64,000 nt of DNA. Source: Octopus sinensis (lineage: Eukaryota). Numbering within the stretch: the first letter of the stretch is position 1; each line of letters opens with the position of its first letter. Of this stretch, positions 39,325-52,177 are shown in pieces. The translations under genes and the position numbers were made by a program. Below the pieces are notes generated by a model that did not search any database, had not been told where the DNA came from, and worked only from the letters and a program-made list of their open reading frames with translations. The stretch spans positions 14,436 to 78,435 of the forward strand of contig NW_021831853.1 of assembly GCF_006345805.1 (NCBI RefSeq). Reading direction: 5' to 3'.

Positions 39325-39535
39325 GATAGCGAGGTGGCAGAACCGTCAGCGAATTGGACAAGATGCTTTGCGACATTTCGTTCGTCTTTACATTCTGAAT
39401 TGAAATCCGCCGAGGTCGACTTTGCCTTTCATCCTTTCGAGGTCGATAAAAGAGTACCGTTGAGCACTGGAGTCGATGTAATTGACTTATCCTTTCCTTA
39501 GAAATTGTTGGCCTTGTGCTAAAATTTCAAATAAT
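39323..39535 (+). mobile_element. SINE family B
   Basis: gccgaggtcgactttgcctttcatcctttcgaggtcgataaaagagtacc. Confidence 0.85.
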
Positions 39536-39538
39536 GAT

Positions 39539-39574
<36 letters not shown>

Positions 39575-39589
39575 TATCATTATTACTAA

Positions 39590-39672
39590 TCTTTTATCAA
39601 GTGCTTTCACTGCACTACCGAGCGCAGCTCTGTGTGATTTGGTTTGTGCTGTATTTTGTTGTGGTGATATTA
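39590..39672 (-). mobile_element. 3' UTR tip of the R4/Dong-type LINE within a trinucleotide array
   Basis: gtgctttcactgcactaccgagcgcagctctgtgtg matches 37613-37650. Confidence 0.7.
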
Positions 39673-39694
39673 TTACTATTATTACTATTATTAC

Positions 39695-39740
<46 letters not shown>

Positions 39741-39923
39741 TTATTATCATCATCATCATCATCATCATCATCATCGTCGTCGTCGTCCTCATCATCATCA
39801 TAATCATCATCGTCGTTGTCATCATCATCATCATCATCGTCGTCGTCATCATCATCATCATTATTATTGTTGTTATCATTATTTTTATCATCATCATTAT
39901 TATTATCATTATTATTATTATTA

Positions 39924-39975
<52 letters not shown>

Positions 39976-40929
39976 TTTCACTCACGAACTTTTCAACAAT
40001 CTTTGTTTCCTAAAATTTCTTTCGCTTTCCTCTTGTTTCTTTTTGTATTCTATTCTTGTCCAATATGGCCTTTAGCATATACCACTTCTTTTTTTTTTCT
40101 TCCTCTTTTCTCTCCGCCCACAACTTCTTATTCAATTCTTTCGCTTCTTTTGTTCTTCCTTTTAATTTCCTTTCAAAATTAATAATTCTTTTCTCCAATA
40201 AAACTCATTACAAAACCCCTTTTTTTTAAAAAAAAAAGAAAGAAAAAGAATCCCCCCCCCCGTTCCCTTCTCTTTCCTCTCTAACTCTACTTCACGAAAT
40301 TCACCTTAGATAAATCCCTGACTATTTATAGTCTTTAACAGCATATATTTTTCAACATTCATTTGACAAAGACGGTAACATCGAAACATACTGCAGTTGG
40401 TAAGACATATCTGTGTGTGAGTGTGTGAGCACTCGTTTGTGTATGTGTGCGCATGCGCGTGCATTATATAAGGTAAGAGATAAAATAAGTGAATAAGAGT
40501 TTTGGGCTTCATAGATTCTTAAGAAAGCTTTCAAGTTACCTTAAAAAGGCTTTCATCTCTCTAATATAATATCCTTATCAGAAAATTACAGGTCCATTTG
40601 TTTTAATACATGTATGTATGCGTTTTGTTTACTATGTGTGTTTATGTGTGTTCGTGTATGCGGTTGTATTATTGTTTATATTATATATGGTATATAAGCA
40701 CGTACGTTTGTATGCATGTATGTATATATGTATGTATGTATGTATGCATGCATGCATGCATGTATGTATGTATGTATGTATGTATGTATGTATGTATGTA
40801 TGTATGTATGTATGTATGTATGTATGTATGTATGTATGTATGTATGTATGTATGTATGTATTTATGTATGTATGTATGTATGTATGTATGATGTATGTAT
40901 GTATGTATGTATGTATGTATGTATGTATG

Positions 40930-40962
<33 letters not shown>

Positions 40963-42314
40963 GTGAATCTGTTTCTTTACATATGTATTCTATGAAGAGA
41001 TTTTCCTCTCTGCATACACATGAAAGGAAAGCTTTTTTGTTCACCTTGTATAACTATTGTTAATAAATAAATATTTCTACTTTATCCAGCCACACATCTC
41101 TTTCTTTCACACACACACACACACACGCGCACACACCACACACACACACACACACAACACACACACATATTGATATATAAATACATAAATATATACAAAT
41201 GCATATCTTTACATATGCGTGTGTGTATGTATGTGTACACGTGTGTATATATATATATATATATGTATACATGCACACACATACATATATTAATATACAT
41301 ACATACATACATACATGCATGCATACATACATACATACATACATACAAACATACATACATACATACATACATATATACATACATACATACATAGAAATGA
41401 ATAGGTTAACTCAAAGAGTTGAATTGAAATTATAATGTATCGACTGCCTTGAATATCTGTTTCAGCTCTTAAGATCCAAATATCAAATCTTGGCAAAGTT
41501 AAATTTGCTTTTCATCACTCGGGGGTCGATAACAATTAAATACATTACTTTATATTGTTTTAGTGACTTGGGAGGCGGCGAGATGGCAGAGTCGTTAGAA
41601 CGTTGAAAGACGCTGCTTTGTAGTATTTCTTCAGGCCCTGAAGAAACGTTCTGAGTTCAAATTCTCCCGATATCAACGTCGTCTTTCATGCTTATGGGTT
41701 CAATAAAATATGTACCATTTGAATACTGGGATCGATATATTGGGCTTTCCCCCTTCCCTCAAAATTGTTGGTCTCGTGCAAAAATTTGATAGAAATATCT
41801 CTAATGGTGGCGAGATGGCAGAGTCGTTAGAACGTCGATAAAATTGCTTTGCGATATTTGTTCTGGTTCTTTATATTCTGGTTCTTTACATCCTGCAGAG
41901 ATTAACTTGGTTTTCTATCCTTTCGACATCTATAAAATAAAGTATAAGTCTAATACTAGGAGTCAGTGGCATCATTGAACATCCCCTTCCCCTCGAAATT
42001 GTTGGCCTTGTGTCGAAAGCTGAAACAATCCTAAAGCATCATGAAATCAAACCAGTGTATATGTACATTATGACTGAAGTGGGAGAAAAATAGTGTGTTT
42101 ATTCCTCCTTAATGATTGATCCATTCTGCTGATTGGCGATAAACTTGGAAAGATAAACCTTTTGAAAATGTCAAAGAGAATAGGGAGATCAGGTGTGGAA
42201 ACAGAGATTACACATCAGGGAAGTTGTGAGAAGTCTGTTTTATCTTTTTCTTTTCTTAAACTAGGCTGAATTATTACCGAAGAACTGGGTTTTACTTGAA
42301 GTTACAGTGGTATC

Positions 42315-42515
42315 TAGCATTTTTGATGGCATATAAGATGCATTAATTTTCCATACAAACGTCCCCTTTGCTACCAAAATCACCCCAAATCCTATATGCA
42401 AAGTTGGGTCGATATTACATTATTTTAATCCACCAAAACCTTTTTTCATTCAATATGCGCTGCTGAAATTGGAGTTTGTCTAATATGCTTGTGTCTTTTA
42501 TGCCATCAAATACGG
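42315..42515. mobile_element. pogo-like MITE
   Basis: tttgatggcatataagatgca versus gtgtcttttatgccatcaaatacgg|TA. Confidence 0.65.
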
Positions 42516-42956
42516 TAGATCATTGTCATATATAAATGCTGTATATCCTAGCAAATTGTAGGACCCTCATGAGTAGAGATTTACAGACAGAGAGACAAAA
42601 TCGACGATGTCAAATTGGGAAGACAGATTGTTTTTTTCCTAAATGTTCTTAAACTAGTAAATGACTCTACTGCTGTAACTCCATTAATGGAAGCTGATTG
42701 ACTTTTATTCATTTCTGTCCAGCACTACCTTTAACGGTTCTGGTGGCATTTCATATTTCTTGTGACAGGTCGTTAGCTCCTCGCCCAACTCCCCTATTTT
42801 TATCAAAAGAAAGTGGGGGGGTATTCTGTGAGTTCCTTTTTTTATAGACTCATGACTCTTCTTACAGAACAAATAGGCTTTCTGACGATTTTTATATTTC
42901 GTCGGTTTAGCAACTTAATATTCTAAAGATTTTCGTATTAATTAATTCAATCACCA

Positions 42957-43030
<74 letters not shown>

Positions 43031-43704
43031 TTGGATTAATCAACTTGAATGTAGAATTAGATGTAAAAAGTTTTACTCATGGTTTTTAAGTGTGATGTAC
43101 GTTTCTCGTATGACGTACGCTTTTCGCTTCATTGCGAGCTCTAATTTTTTCAGCAATAGTTATATTATTATATATCATGTATTAATAAGATAGCCCTTTT
43201 ATAATATATACATATTTTTTTCCACTATATTATTTAAGAGCTGGTTATGGGCGCTATTTTGTACTTCATAAAGATTTTTTGCTTTAAGTCAGAAAATACA
43301 ATTTTTTTCTATTTTTAAATGTTCTTAATATCAGACTAAAATTAGTTTTGGGAAGCTAGTGGTAAACTTATGAAAATTTATGCCAAATATAACTAAGATG
43401 TTCAATTCAAAAGGTACTAAGTGAAGTGGGCAGGTACGTGTCTTTACGCCGTAGTAATTATACGTGTCAGCAGTTTCAGTTTCATAGAAAAAAGGTCTGG
43501 TTGCTTATACAAATGACAACATCTAATTTGTTTAACAACATTTTTAGATAGTGTACCTTAGAGGAGTAGGAATAATATATGTAGAATAGGTTAATTTGTA
43601 TAGATCTATATGTTACACTGTAGCTCGTGGTTATTAAGAGTGCTCTACTATATACAATGCTGTGTCATATCACAAATCATATGATGTGGTTTATTATGCA
43701 ACCC

Positions 43705-44375
43705 TTTAATAGTGTTCGTCTGTCGTTGTCGACGATGACCAAGGACATCACTTGCGAGAAGATGGGTCACGTAACGGTGTTCTCGGCTGTGACGTAACGG
43801 TGTTTTCAGTCCGATGTATGCTTGGAATGCTCTGCCACAGTCTGGGCACTGGTGGTCTGCAGGAACTGAAAGCAAAGAGTTGGTTCTGGACTTGCGTAGT
43901 TTGCGTTTTCATTGTGCACATACGATCCTTTTCTGTTCGTATCATGTGGCGCCTCTGTGGGTGCATCTTCGCCGGGCAAGGCGGCCCTGTAATTTAATTT
44001 CCCAGGTGTTGGAGTTTATCTCAAAGCATTTCAGTGAGGCTGTGAGTGTTTCTTGAAGCGCTTTTTCTGTTCACCTTGTGTGTTCCAGCTTTCCGCCAGT
44101 TCGCTGAAAAACAGTCTTTTGGGGAGTCGTGTATCCGACATTCGAATAAGGTGGCCTTATTGGAACTGCGCTCTCCTCAGCAGTGTGTAAATGCTTGGCA
44201 GATCAGAAAGAGGACATCTGTGTCTGGGACCTTGTCTTGCCAGGTGATTTTCGACAGCTTTCTCAGGCAGTTTATGTGGAAGTGGTTTAGCCATTTAGTG
44301 TGGCGGTCGTAAACGGTCCAAGTCCCGCAGGCATACAGTAGTGTATGTAGTACAACTGCTTGGTCCACATTCAAC
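43705..44375 (-). mobile_element. RTE/BovB-like LINE 3' relic
   Basis: AVVLHTLLYACGTWTVYDRHTKWLNHFHINCLRKLSKITWQDKVPDTDVL; HQCPDCGRAFQAYIGL. Confidence 0.88.
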
Positions 44376-45252
44376 TTGGTATATTAATAACCACTAAAAG
44401 CTAATACAATCACGAGCATCCACAACCACTACTAACACAATCAACAAAATTACAACTAGCATTACATTTGTCTTATATTCCAACCTTCTCCTTACTGCAT
44501 TATCCACCACTACAATTATCACTATACTATGCTGACCAACACTTCAACCGCTACTGCAAAACTACAACTACAACGACACCACAATATTTATAACCAGCAA
44601 CACAGCGCCTCAACAGCGCCACAACATTCGAAATGAGACTCGCAAAAGCCACAAATATATTACGTATACGAACACAAAGACAAAACATTAAATGCATAGA
44701 CGCACACTCGAATATACACATATTAAGATACACACACACATACACACTGAGAGAGAGAGAGAGAGAGACAGAGACAGAGAGTACACACGTACACACACAC
44801 ACATACACGCATGCGCAAACACACACACTCACACACTCGGTAAACATGATCCATTCCTTAAGTAGCCCTTAACAAGCTTGGAAGAAACCAACTAACATGA
44901 TCAACAACATCAAGGACATCTGAACACTTTAACGATTCCTTGCTTTCTTCTTGAAAACCCATAATGGTATTATTGATGTTATCCATTCTGTTGGCTGGTT
45001 GTATGCGTATGTTTAAGTGTACAGTGGGGGAGTGTATGAGCACGTGTAAGTGTATGTGTGTGTGTGTGCGAAGATGTATATTTGTGAATGAGTGTGTGTT
45101 TTATAAACAGTTTCATGTGTGTGTGTGTGTGTGTATTCATGTACATATGTAAACTTGTAAATATCTAAGGACGCATGAAAATATATTTACGAATATGATA
45201 TGATGAAGCTTTGTGTATATATGTATGTGTATATATATTATAGTTGTTTATG

Positions 45253-45287
<35 letters not shown>

Positions 45288-45464
45288 ATGTGTGTGTGTA
45301 TATATATATATACACACACATATGTAACCACACACAAGCACATACACACGCATACATACATACATACATACATACATACATACATACATACATAAATACA
45401 TACATACATACATACATACATACATACATACATGCATGCATGCATGCATGCATGCATGCATACA

Positions 45465-45496
<32 letters not shown>

Positions 45497-45879
45497 CACA
45501 TATATATGTATTTGTGGGGGTGTATGTATAAATAATATATACTTACAACTATATACATATACAGAAATATACATATACACATATACAGCTAGACCCATCC
45601 ACACATATACACATACACGTATGCATGTCTATACCTACAGATAGATTTATTTATATATGCGTGCACACAAAACACACGTATGCGTGTATGCATGTGTATA
45701 TGTGTGCGTGTATGTGGTGTATGTGTGTGTGTGTGTGAATGTGTGTGTGCATACAATTGAGTATTCATGTGTGTGTGTATGTGAATGTGTGTGTATGTAT
45801 ATAAGTATTTACGTGTGTGTGTTTGTGTGTGTATGTATGTAAGTATTTATGCGTGTGTGTGTGTGTGTGTGGTGTATGT

Positions 45880-45956
<77 letters not shown>

Positions 45957-46551
45957 AAAGTATGAAAGAGAAAGTAAAAGGATGAGAATGTTTGGACCCT
46001 ATAGATTTTTAAGAAAGCTTTCAAGTTACCTCAAAAAAAGACTTTCATGTTTATACTTTAATATCCTTATCAGAAAATTACAGATCCATTTGTTTTAATA
46101 CGCGCACACATATACACGTATATACACTTACGTATATATATTTAAGCACACTTACGTGTGAGCTTGTTTAATATGTGTGCTATTGTATGCGCTGTTTATG
46201 TGTGTTTCTTTACATATGTATTCTACGAAGAGATTTCCCTCTCTGTGCACACATGAAAGGAAAGCATTTTTTGTCCACATTTTATAACTATTGTTAATAA
46301 ATAAATGCGTCTTTTTATATCCAACTCTCTCTCTCTCTTTGCCCTCTCCCTTTCCCCATCTCTTTCTCTCTCTCTCTCTCATATATATAAATGAATGCAA
46401 GGACATATTTTATATATTATATATATATATATGTATGTGTGTATGCGTCTGTGTGTGTATACATATATAATTTGCATATATTCATATTTGGAGAATGAGA
46501 AGACTAGGAGAGAGGAGAAAGTTACGCATATATGCATGTGTATATGTGTAT

Positions 46552-46594
<43 letters not shown>

Positions 46595-47115
46595 GTGTTG
46601 GCAGAAGAGAGAAGAGGAGGAAGTGTTTGCTTATATAATCTACAGATGTAAACCGGATTGCTGGATTGATTGATAGATGAATGAATGTAATATATACATA
46701 GAAAATGGAGGAATAGGGCAAAAATATGAATAACTACCAAGCTGACAAGAGGGACAAAGAAGATGTTGGCAGGGAATGAGCTTGAATAGCTTGATCGAAT
46801 GAGCTATGAATGTAAAGGATGTGTACAGCTGGAATGATGTATATATATTTTGGGAACAGGCACAAGTGCGGCTGTAAGGGCAGAATCGGGTGCTTGGTTA
46901 AGGAATCTTGCGTCTAAACCATGTGGTCTTGAGTTCAGTCCCATTGCATGGCACCTTGGCCAAGTATCTTCGGTTGATCAAAGCCTTGTGAATGGATTTG
47001 GTAGACAGAAACTGAAAGAAGTCCGTCGGGTGTGCGTGTGTGTGTGTTTGTGCCCACCACCTCCTTAGTGATTTGGCAAATATATATATATATATATATT
47101 TGATTTTGATTTGAT

Positions 47116-47156
47116 TTTTCCAGTTTCAGCTAATGAGCTGTGGCCATGCTGGGGCA
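47116..47156 (-). mobile_element. ~40-bp 3' tip of the CR1-like LINE inserted next to (TA)n
   Basis: gccccagcatggccacagctcattagctgaaac matches 59926-59958. Confidence 0.7.
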
Positions 47157-47164
47157 TATATATA

Positions 47165-47428
47165 TATATATAAAATAAATGCGCCCTTTTAAAGCCTAGC
47201 CAGGCTCATGGGCCCGGCTGCCCGGTTTCTATGGCATATGTGTTCCCCAACTGGATGGGACGCCAGTCCATCGCAGCGTTACTCATTTTTGCCAGCTGAG
47301 TGGACTAGAGCAACGTGAAATGAAGTGTTTTGCCCAAGAACACAACGCATCGCACAGTCCAGGAATCGAAACCACAATCTTATGATCATGGTGCTGACAC
47401 CCCTAACCACTAAGCTACGCGCCTCCAC
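47165..47428 (-). mobile_element. SINE, tRNA head + body P + tail Y
   Basis: cacgttgctctagtccactcagctggcaaaaatgagtaacgctgcgatggactggcgtccc..gagcctggctaggctttaaaagggcg. Confidence 0.9.
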
Positions 47429-47430
47429 TA

Positions 47431-47504
<74 letters not shown>

Positions 47505-47912
47505 CTGTTGTCTATGTGTATTCTAGGATCTCGAGCATCCTCCATCGGATTGCGCTCAAATTTGATACGTAGATACCGACGGTATCAGGGCATGTATAAG
47601 TCTTGAAAAAATTACAAAAATCGATTCCGGGTGAGAATGCGATCGATAAAGCATATTTGTGTGAATAAGATCGTTTTTCTTTGGAATAGAAAAAATGTCT
47701 ATCTTTATTCCTTCTTTTGCTGGTGTCTCAAATTTAGGTTAAACCAGTGTTTCTCAAAGGGGAAGCCTATGGGATAATCGGACAAGTTGTTTTGATAAAA
47801 TTTGTTTTGATAATATTTGGTTTAAATGTTTGACAACTCAGCACCGTCCGTTGGACGCGGGGACGTTTTGCTCGTATATATACGAACAAAATGTATATAT
47901 ATATATATATTA

Positions 47913-47981
<69 letters not shown>

Positions 47982-47994
47982 CATATACACATAT

Positions 47995-48055
<61 letters not shown>

Positions 48056-48390
48056 TATATATATATAATATATATCTATATATGGATATAAACACACGCA
48101 CACACACACACGCAACACAAACAACACATTATAGCCTCAGGCCAACCAATGCCTTGTGAGTGGATTTCGTACTCGGAACTGAAAGAAGACTGTCATATAT
48201 ATGTGTATATTTGTGTGTGTGTGTGTTTGTACCCCTACCATTGCTTGACAACCTATGTTGCTGTGTTTACATTCCCATAACTTAGCGGTTCGGTAAAAGA
48301 CACTGAAAAATAAGTACTAGGCTTACAAAGAATGGCCGCAATCACATGACTGAAACAAGTAAAACAATATAAAAACTATGCCATTTTAAT

Positions 48391-48418
48391 CCCGAGCAAG
48401 GCCGGGGTCTCTTGCTAC
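48391..48418 (+). mobile_element. Possible Helitron 3' end (GC hairpin followed by CTAC, a CTRR-like terminus)
   Basis: cccgagcaaggccggggtctcttgctac. Confidence 0.3.
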
Positions 48419-48427
48419 TGTGTATAT

Positions 48428-48522
<95 letters not shown>

Positions 48523-48634
48523 ATTTAGGAATGGTCATTTTGCCAGTTTAGCCAATAAAAACACACGCACTATATATTTGGCGTTACTTTGCTTCAGTGT
48601 TATTTATTTTTTACGTTAATCTTAATCTTATTTC

Positions 48635-48678
48635 GACCAGAGTTTTTTCGTCACACTCCTGTGACCGCATCAGTGGTC
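48635..48678 (-). ncRNA. Hammerhead-like fold with perfect helices I and II and altered core
   Basis: gacca-CTGATGC-g-gtcaca-ggag-tgtgac-GAAA-aaac-TC-tggtc. Confidence 0.55.
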
Positions 48679-48757
48679 TTTTGTTTTCTTCTTACTTATT
48701 TGTGTCTCTCCTTACTAACCGTCAGCCATTTTGTATTTGCACAACAAATATTTAAAC

Positions 48758-48801
<44 letters not shown>

Positions 48802-49259
48802 TACTCTTCCTTTCCCCCAAAAGACAAAATCTGACAAGCCTTTCACTTAATTCCTTCCCTTCACCGACCCTACAACATTGATTCGTATTTCGAATCCAAA
48901 TGCCAAATAATGCGACAATCCTTCCTGAATCAATGATACCCTCAGTCAGTTGTAGATCTGTAACTCCGCCAAGCCCCGGCCGTCGATCGCATCAACGAGG
49001 GAGTAAGTCGATTATGTTGACTCCAGTACTCAACTGCTACTTATTTTATCGATTCTGAAAAGATGAAAGCAAATCCGAACGCGGTAGAATTTAAACTTAG
49101 AACTAGGCATTTTTCCCGGCGTGTAACGATTCTCCAATCTCAATGCCTTACAGTGTACTGGAGCAACACACAGTCTAGTCTGGGAACCGAACTCGTAATC
49201 TCATGATTGCAAGCCCGACGATCTGACCACTGAGCCATGTCCCTTCAGTCTAACCTTTT

Positions 49260-49860
49260 ATAGTGCATCATAAATTGAAGAAATAAACCGACACCTTGCT
49301 GATGACTTTCGGGAGAATATTCCAAATACATTACTATGTATTCAACACCACAAACCATTCCATCACCCCCATGCCAATATGCAGCATCGTCGAACACCAT
49401 GGCTCCACTTTCACAAGGAAACAGAGGGAACACCGTTTCATATTCGAACTTGTCACCATGTCACCGACAGGTGTAAGTGAACATTTTTTCTCTCCATTCC
49501 TTAAACCCTTTCATATCTTTCAAACCTCCTCTCTCTTCATCATTTCCCATCTTTCTTTCATGTTTTTCTGGACTTGCCTACTTCAACCTCATTCCATTAC
49601 TCTTTCTTCCTTCTTACACTGTTTTTCATATTATTTCTTGTTCATGTATGAAGTGTCGTAGTCATGCGTTCCTTATCAGTTGCAGCCACTTTATTTTTTA
49701 ATAACTCAGAAGATGTAAAGCTCTGTTGTCTCTTATTAATTTTTCTCCTTTCAACCTTTTCCCTGAAGAAGGTTCTGTGACCGAAACGTTGGATTTTGCA
49801 CTTTTCAAGACAAGTTCACTGTACTCTTTTACCGATTTCATTATACTGCTAATCAGTCTA
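49260..49860 (+). mobile_element. Penelope-like element 3' relic: GIY-YIG C-terminus, pLTR, hammerhead
   Basis: RHLADDFRE..; YVFNTTNHSITPMPICSIVEHHGSTFTRKQREHRFIFELVTMSPTGVSEHF (cf. HFN..HS..RK..E..FIF.L.TL.P.GIN); pyrimidine-rich pLTR; HHR at 49760-49793. Confidence 0.75.
49760..49793 (+). ncRNA. Minimal type-I hammerhead ribozyme (helix III ACGT)
   Basis: tcc-CTGAAGA-a-ggt-tctgtg-acc-GAAA-CGT-T-gga. Confidence 0.7.
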
Positions 49861-50269
49861 AAGTTGATTTTTTGCTTTAGATGTTTCCTTAGATTTAAAC
49901 GTGGGAAAACCTGAAGAAGGTTAGTGCAAAAAATGGAACGAGAAAAAGGAAACGAAATCAAGAACTACGATCCTCGTCCTCCCTGATTGCAGAAGGTACA
50001 CTAAATACAACTATGTATGTATGTATGTATGTATGTATGTATGTATGTATGTATGTATGTATGTATGTATGTATGTATGTATGTATGTATGTATGCATGT
50101 ATGTATGCATGTATGTATGTATTTATGTATGTATGTATGTATGCATGTATGTATGTATGTATGTATGTATGTATGTATGTATGTCATTGTTCAGTCTTAT
50201 TTCAAGATTTCTTGCCAATAGAGAAAGAGCTGATTTCTAACCTAAATCCAAAGCTCCTTCATTGATGTA

Positions 50270-50443
50270 CTCCTTTTACTTGTTTCAGTCATTTAACTGC
50301 GGCCATGCTGGAGCACTGCCTTTAGTCGAGCAAATCGACCTCAGGACTTATTCTTTGGAAGCCTGATACTTATTCTGTCGGTCTCTTTTACCGAACCGCT
50401 AAGTTACGGGGACATAAACACACCACCATCGGTTATCAAGTGA
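50270..50443 (-). mobile_element. SINE family A 3' half
   Basis: tgtttcagtcatttaactgcggccatgctggagcactgcc..ccgaaccgctaagttacgggg. Confidence 0.85.
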
Positions 50444-51012
50444 TTTATATATGCATGTATGTATTCATAAAAGTGTGGGTGTATATATGCGTGTGTGAAT
50501 GTATGTGTCTGTATGCAATATATATGAGTTTATATGTGTGTGTATGTATGTGTGATTGTGTGTGTGTGTGTGTGTGTGTTTGTGTGTGTGTGATTTTATT
50601 TATGATGCGTGCGTAGTGACACAGAGACCGTCAATCATACAGTCAAGCAGATAGACAGACATGAATAAAGAGGGCCGGGTAGTGAATGTACTTAAATGTA
50701 TTGGGTTGCGGGGTGAGAAGAAAACGATGAAGAAATAACGTCACAGCCATTACAATAATATAATATATAAATAGAGATTTATATTTAGAACATTTTGAAA
50801 TATTTATTCTGGTTGTTAAAGAGCTTTTCAAGTAAATATTTTAAGTGTTTCCTGTTTATTTAGATAACATCGTTTTGTACCAATGTTGTTGTGTCTGAGA
50901 CGGTTCTGTCTCGTCCACATCACCACAGCCACCACCCCAGACCAAGCTATTGTATCATCAACCTCTTTTAATAAACTGTCAAATTTTCAACCGTGGGACG
51001 AGTCTGGTATGA

Positions 51013-51050
<38 letters not shown>

Positions 51051-51464
51051 CACACAGACATACACACACACACACTGTTTACTATTGTATTGACCGAAGG
51101 AGTGGAGTCCGTCTCTATACGAGGCTGCTCGATTTGTTAGAAATACTGACCGAATCTCCGTAAATTTCTGTTCTACCGGTTAAAACAGAGCCGTATGCCC
51201 ATTGGCTAGATTGTAGCACTCACGATCACAACATAGTGGCACCTTATTGATTGGTACCTTGTTTTATCGATCTCAAAAGTATGTGCTCAACCCCCTACTG
51301 GTTATGCACTCATCTACTACAGCCCCGAGCCGACCAAAGTCTTGTGTTCGGATTTGGTAGACGGAAACTGAAAGAAGCCCATGGTATTCGTGTGTGTATA
51401 CACACACATACATATATGTATATGTATATATTTATCTATATATATATTATATGTATATATATAT

Positions 51465-51514
<50 letters not shown>

Positions 51515-51806
51515 TTAAAATGAAAGTTTAGATTTAAATTTTAAATTTAAACTACGTTTTGGTATTCCAAGTAGTATGCCGGCAAAACGCGTTCACGTTC
51601 CGACCCACGGGGAGCAGTGCAGGATTTGACGAAACGATCGTTGTGATAAATAAAGTCTCCAGTCTTCTCTATCTTCCGTATCCATTGTTTCTACTATGTA
51701 TGTATGTATGTATGTATGTATGTATGTATGTATGTATGTATGTATGTATGTATGTATGTATGTATGTATGTGTGTAGTGTGTGTATGTATGTTATGTATA
51801 TATATA

Positions 51807-51844
<38 letters not shown>

Positions 51845-52095
51845 TATATATATAATAATATTATATATATATGGGACCAAATAGAACAAGAGAAGACCCG
51901 TGGGATAAAGAGTCGTTGAAAAGATTTCACGACACTAAAATAATAACAAAGTTAAAGTGAAGACCAAATATATAATGAGTGTGTTTAATAGGTAAAAATT
52001 TGGTCATTCCCAAATGTATGTATGTATGTATGTATGTATGTATGATGTATGTATGTATGTATGTATAATTATAGTTGAGTCTCTTGCTACTCTGC

Positions 52096-52177
52096 GTTTC
52101 GCTTGTGAGTACACGGGGCGTTGAAGCAAGTTACGTGTTGTAACTTGCTTAAGACCCTGTGCGCTCACATGCGAAAC
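52096..52177. other. 82-nt near-perfect hairpin (39/38-nt arms, 5-nt loop)
   Basis: gtttcgcttgtgagtacacggggcgttgaagcaagttac-gtgtt-gtaacttgcttaagaccctgtgcgctcacatgcgaaac. Confidence 0.8.

Noticed and set aside
41638-41650. CTGAAGAAACGTT as a hammerhead
   Set aside because: Core and GAAAC overlap with no helix II; lies within a decayed SINE B.
43085-43135. Minus-strand cgta-cgtca-tacg-a-GAAACGTA
   Set aside because: Helix II and ACGT palindrome are present but no CUGANGA core or helix I could be found.
29737-46325. Repeated modules with variable spacers as a CRISPR-like array
   Set aside because: Units are >100 bp, kilobases apart, separated by microsatellites, with no cas genes in a eukaryotic context.
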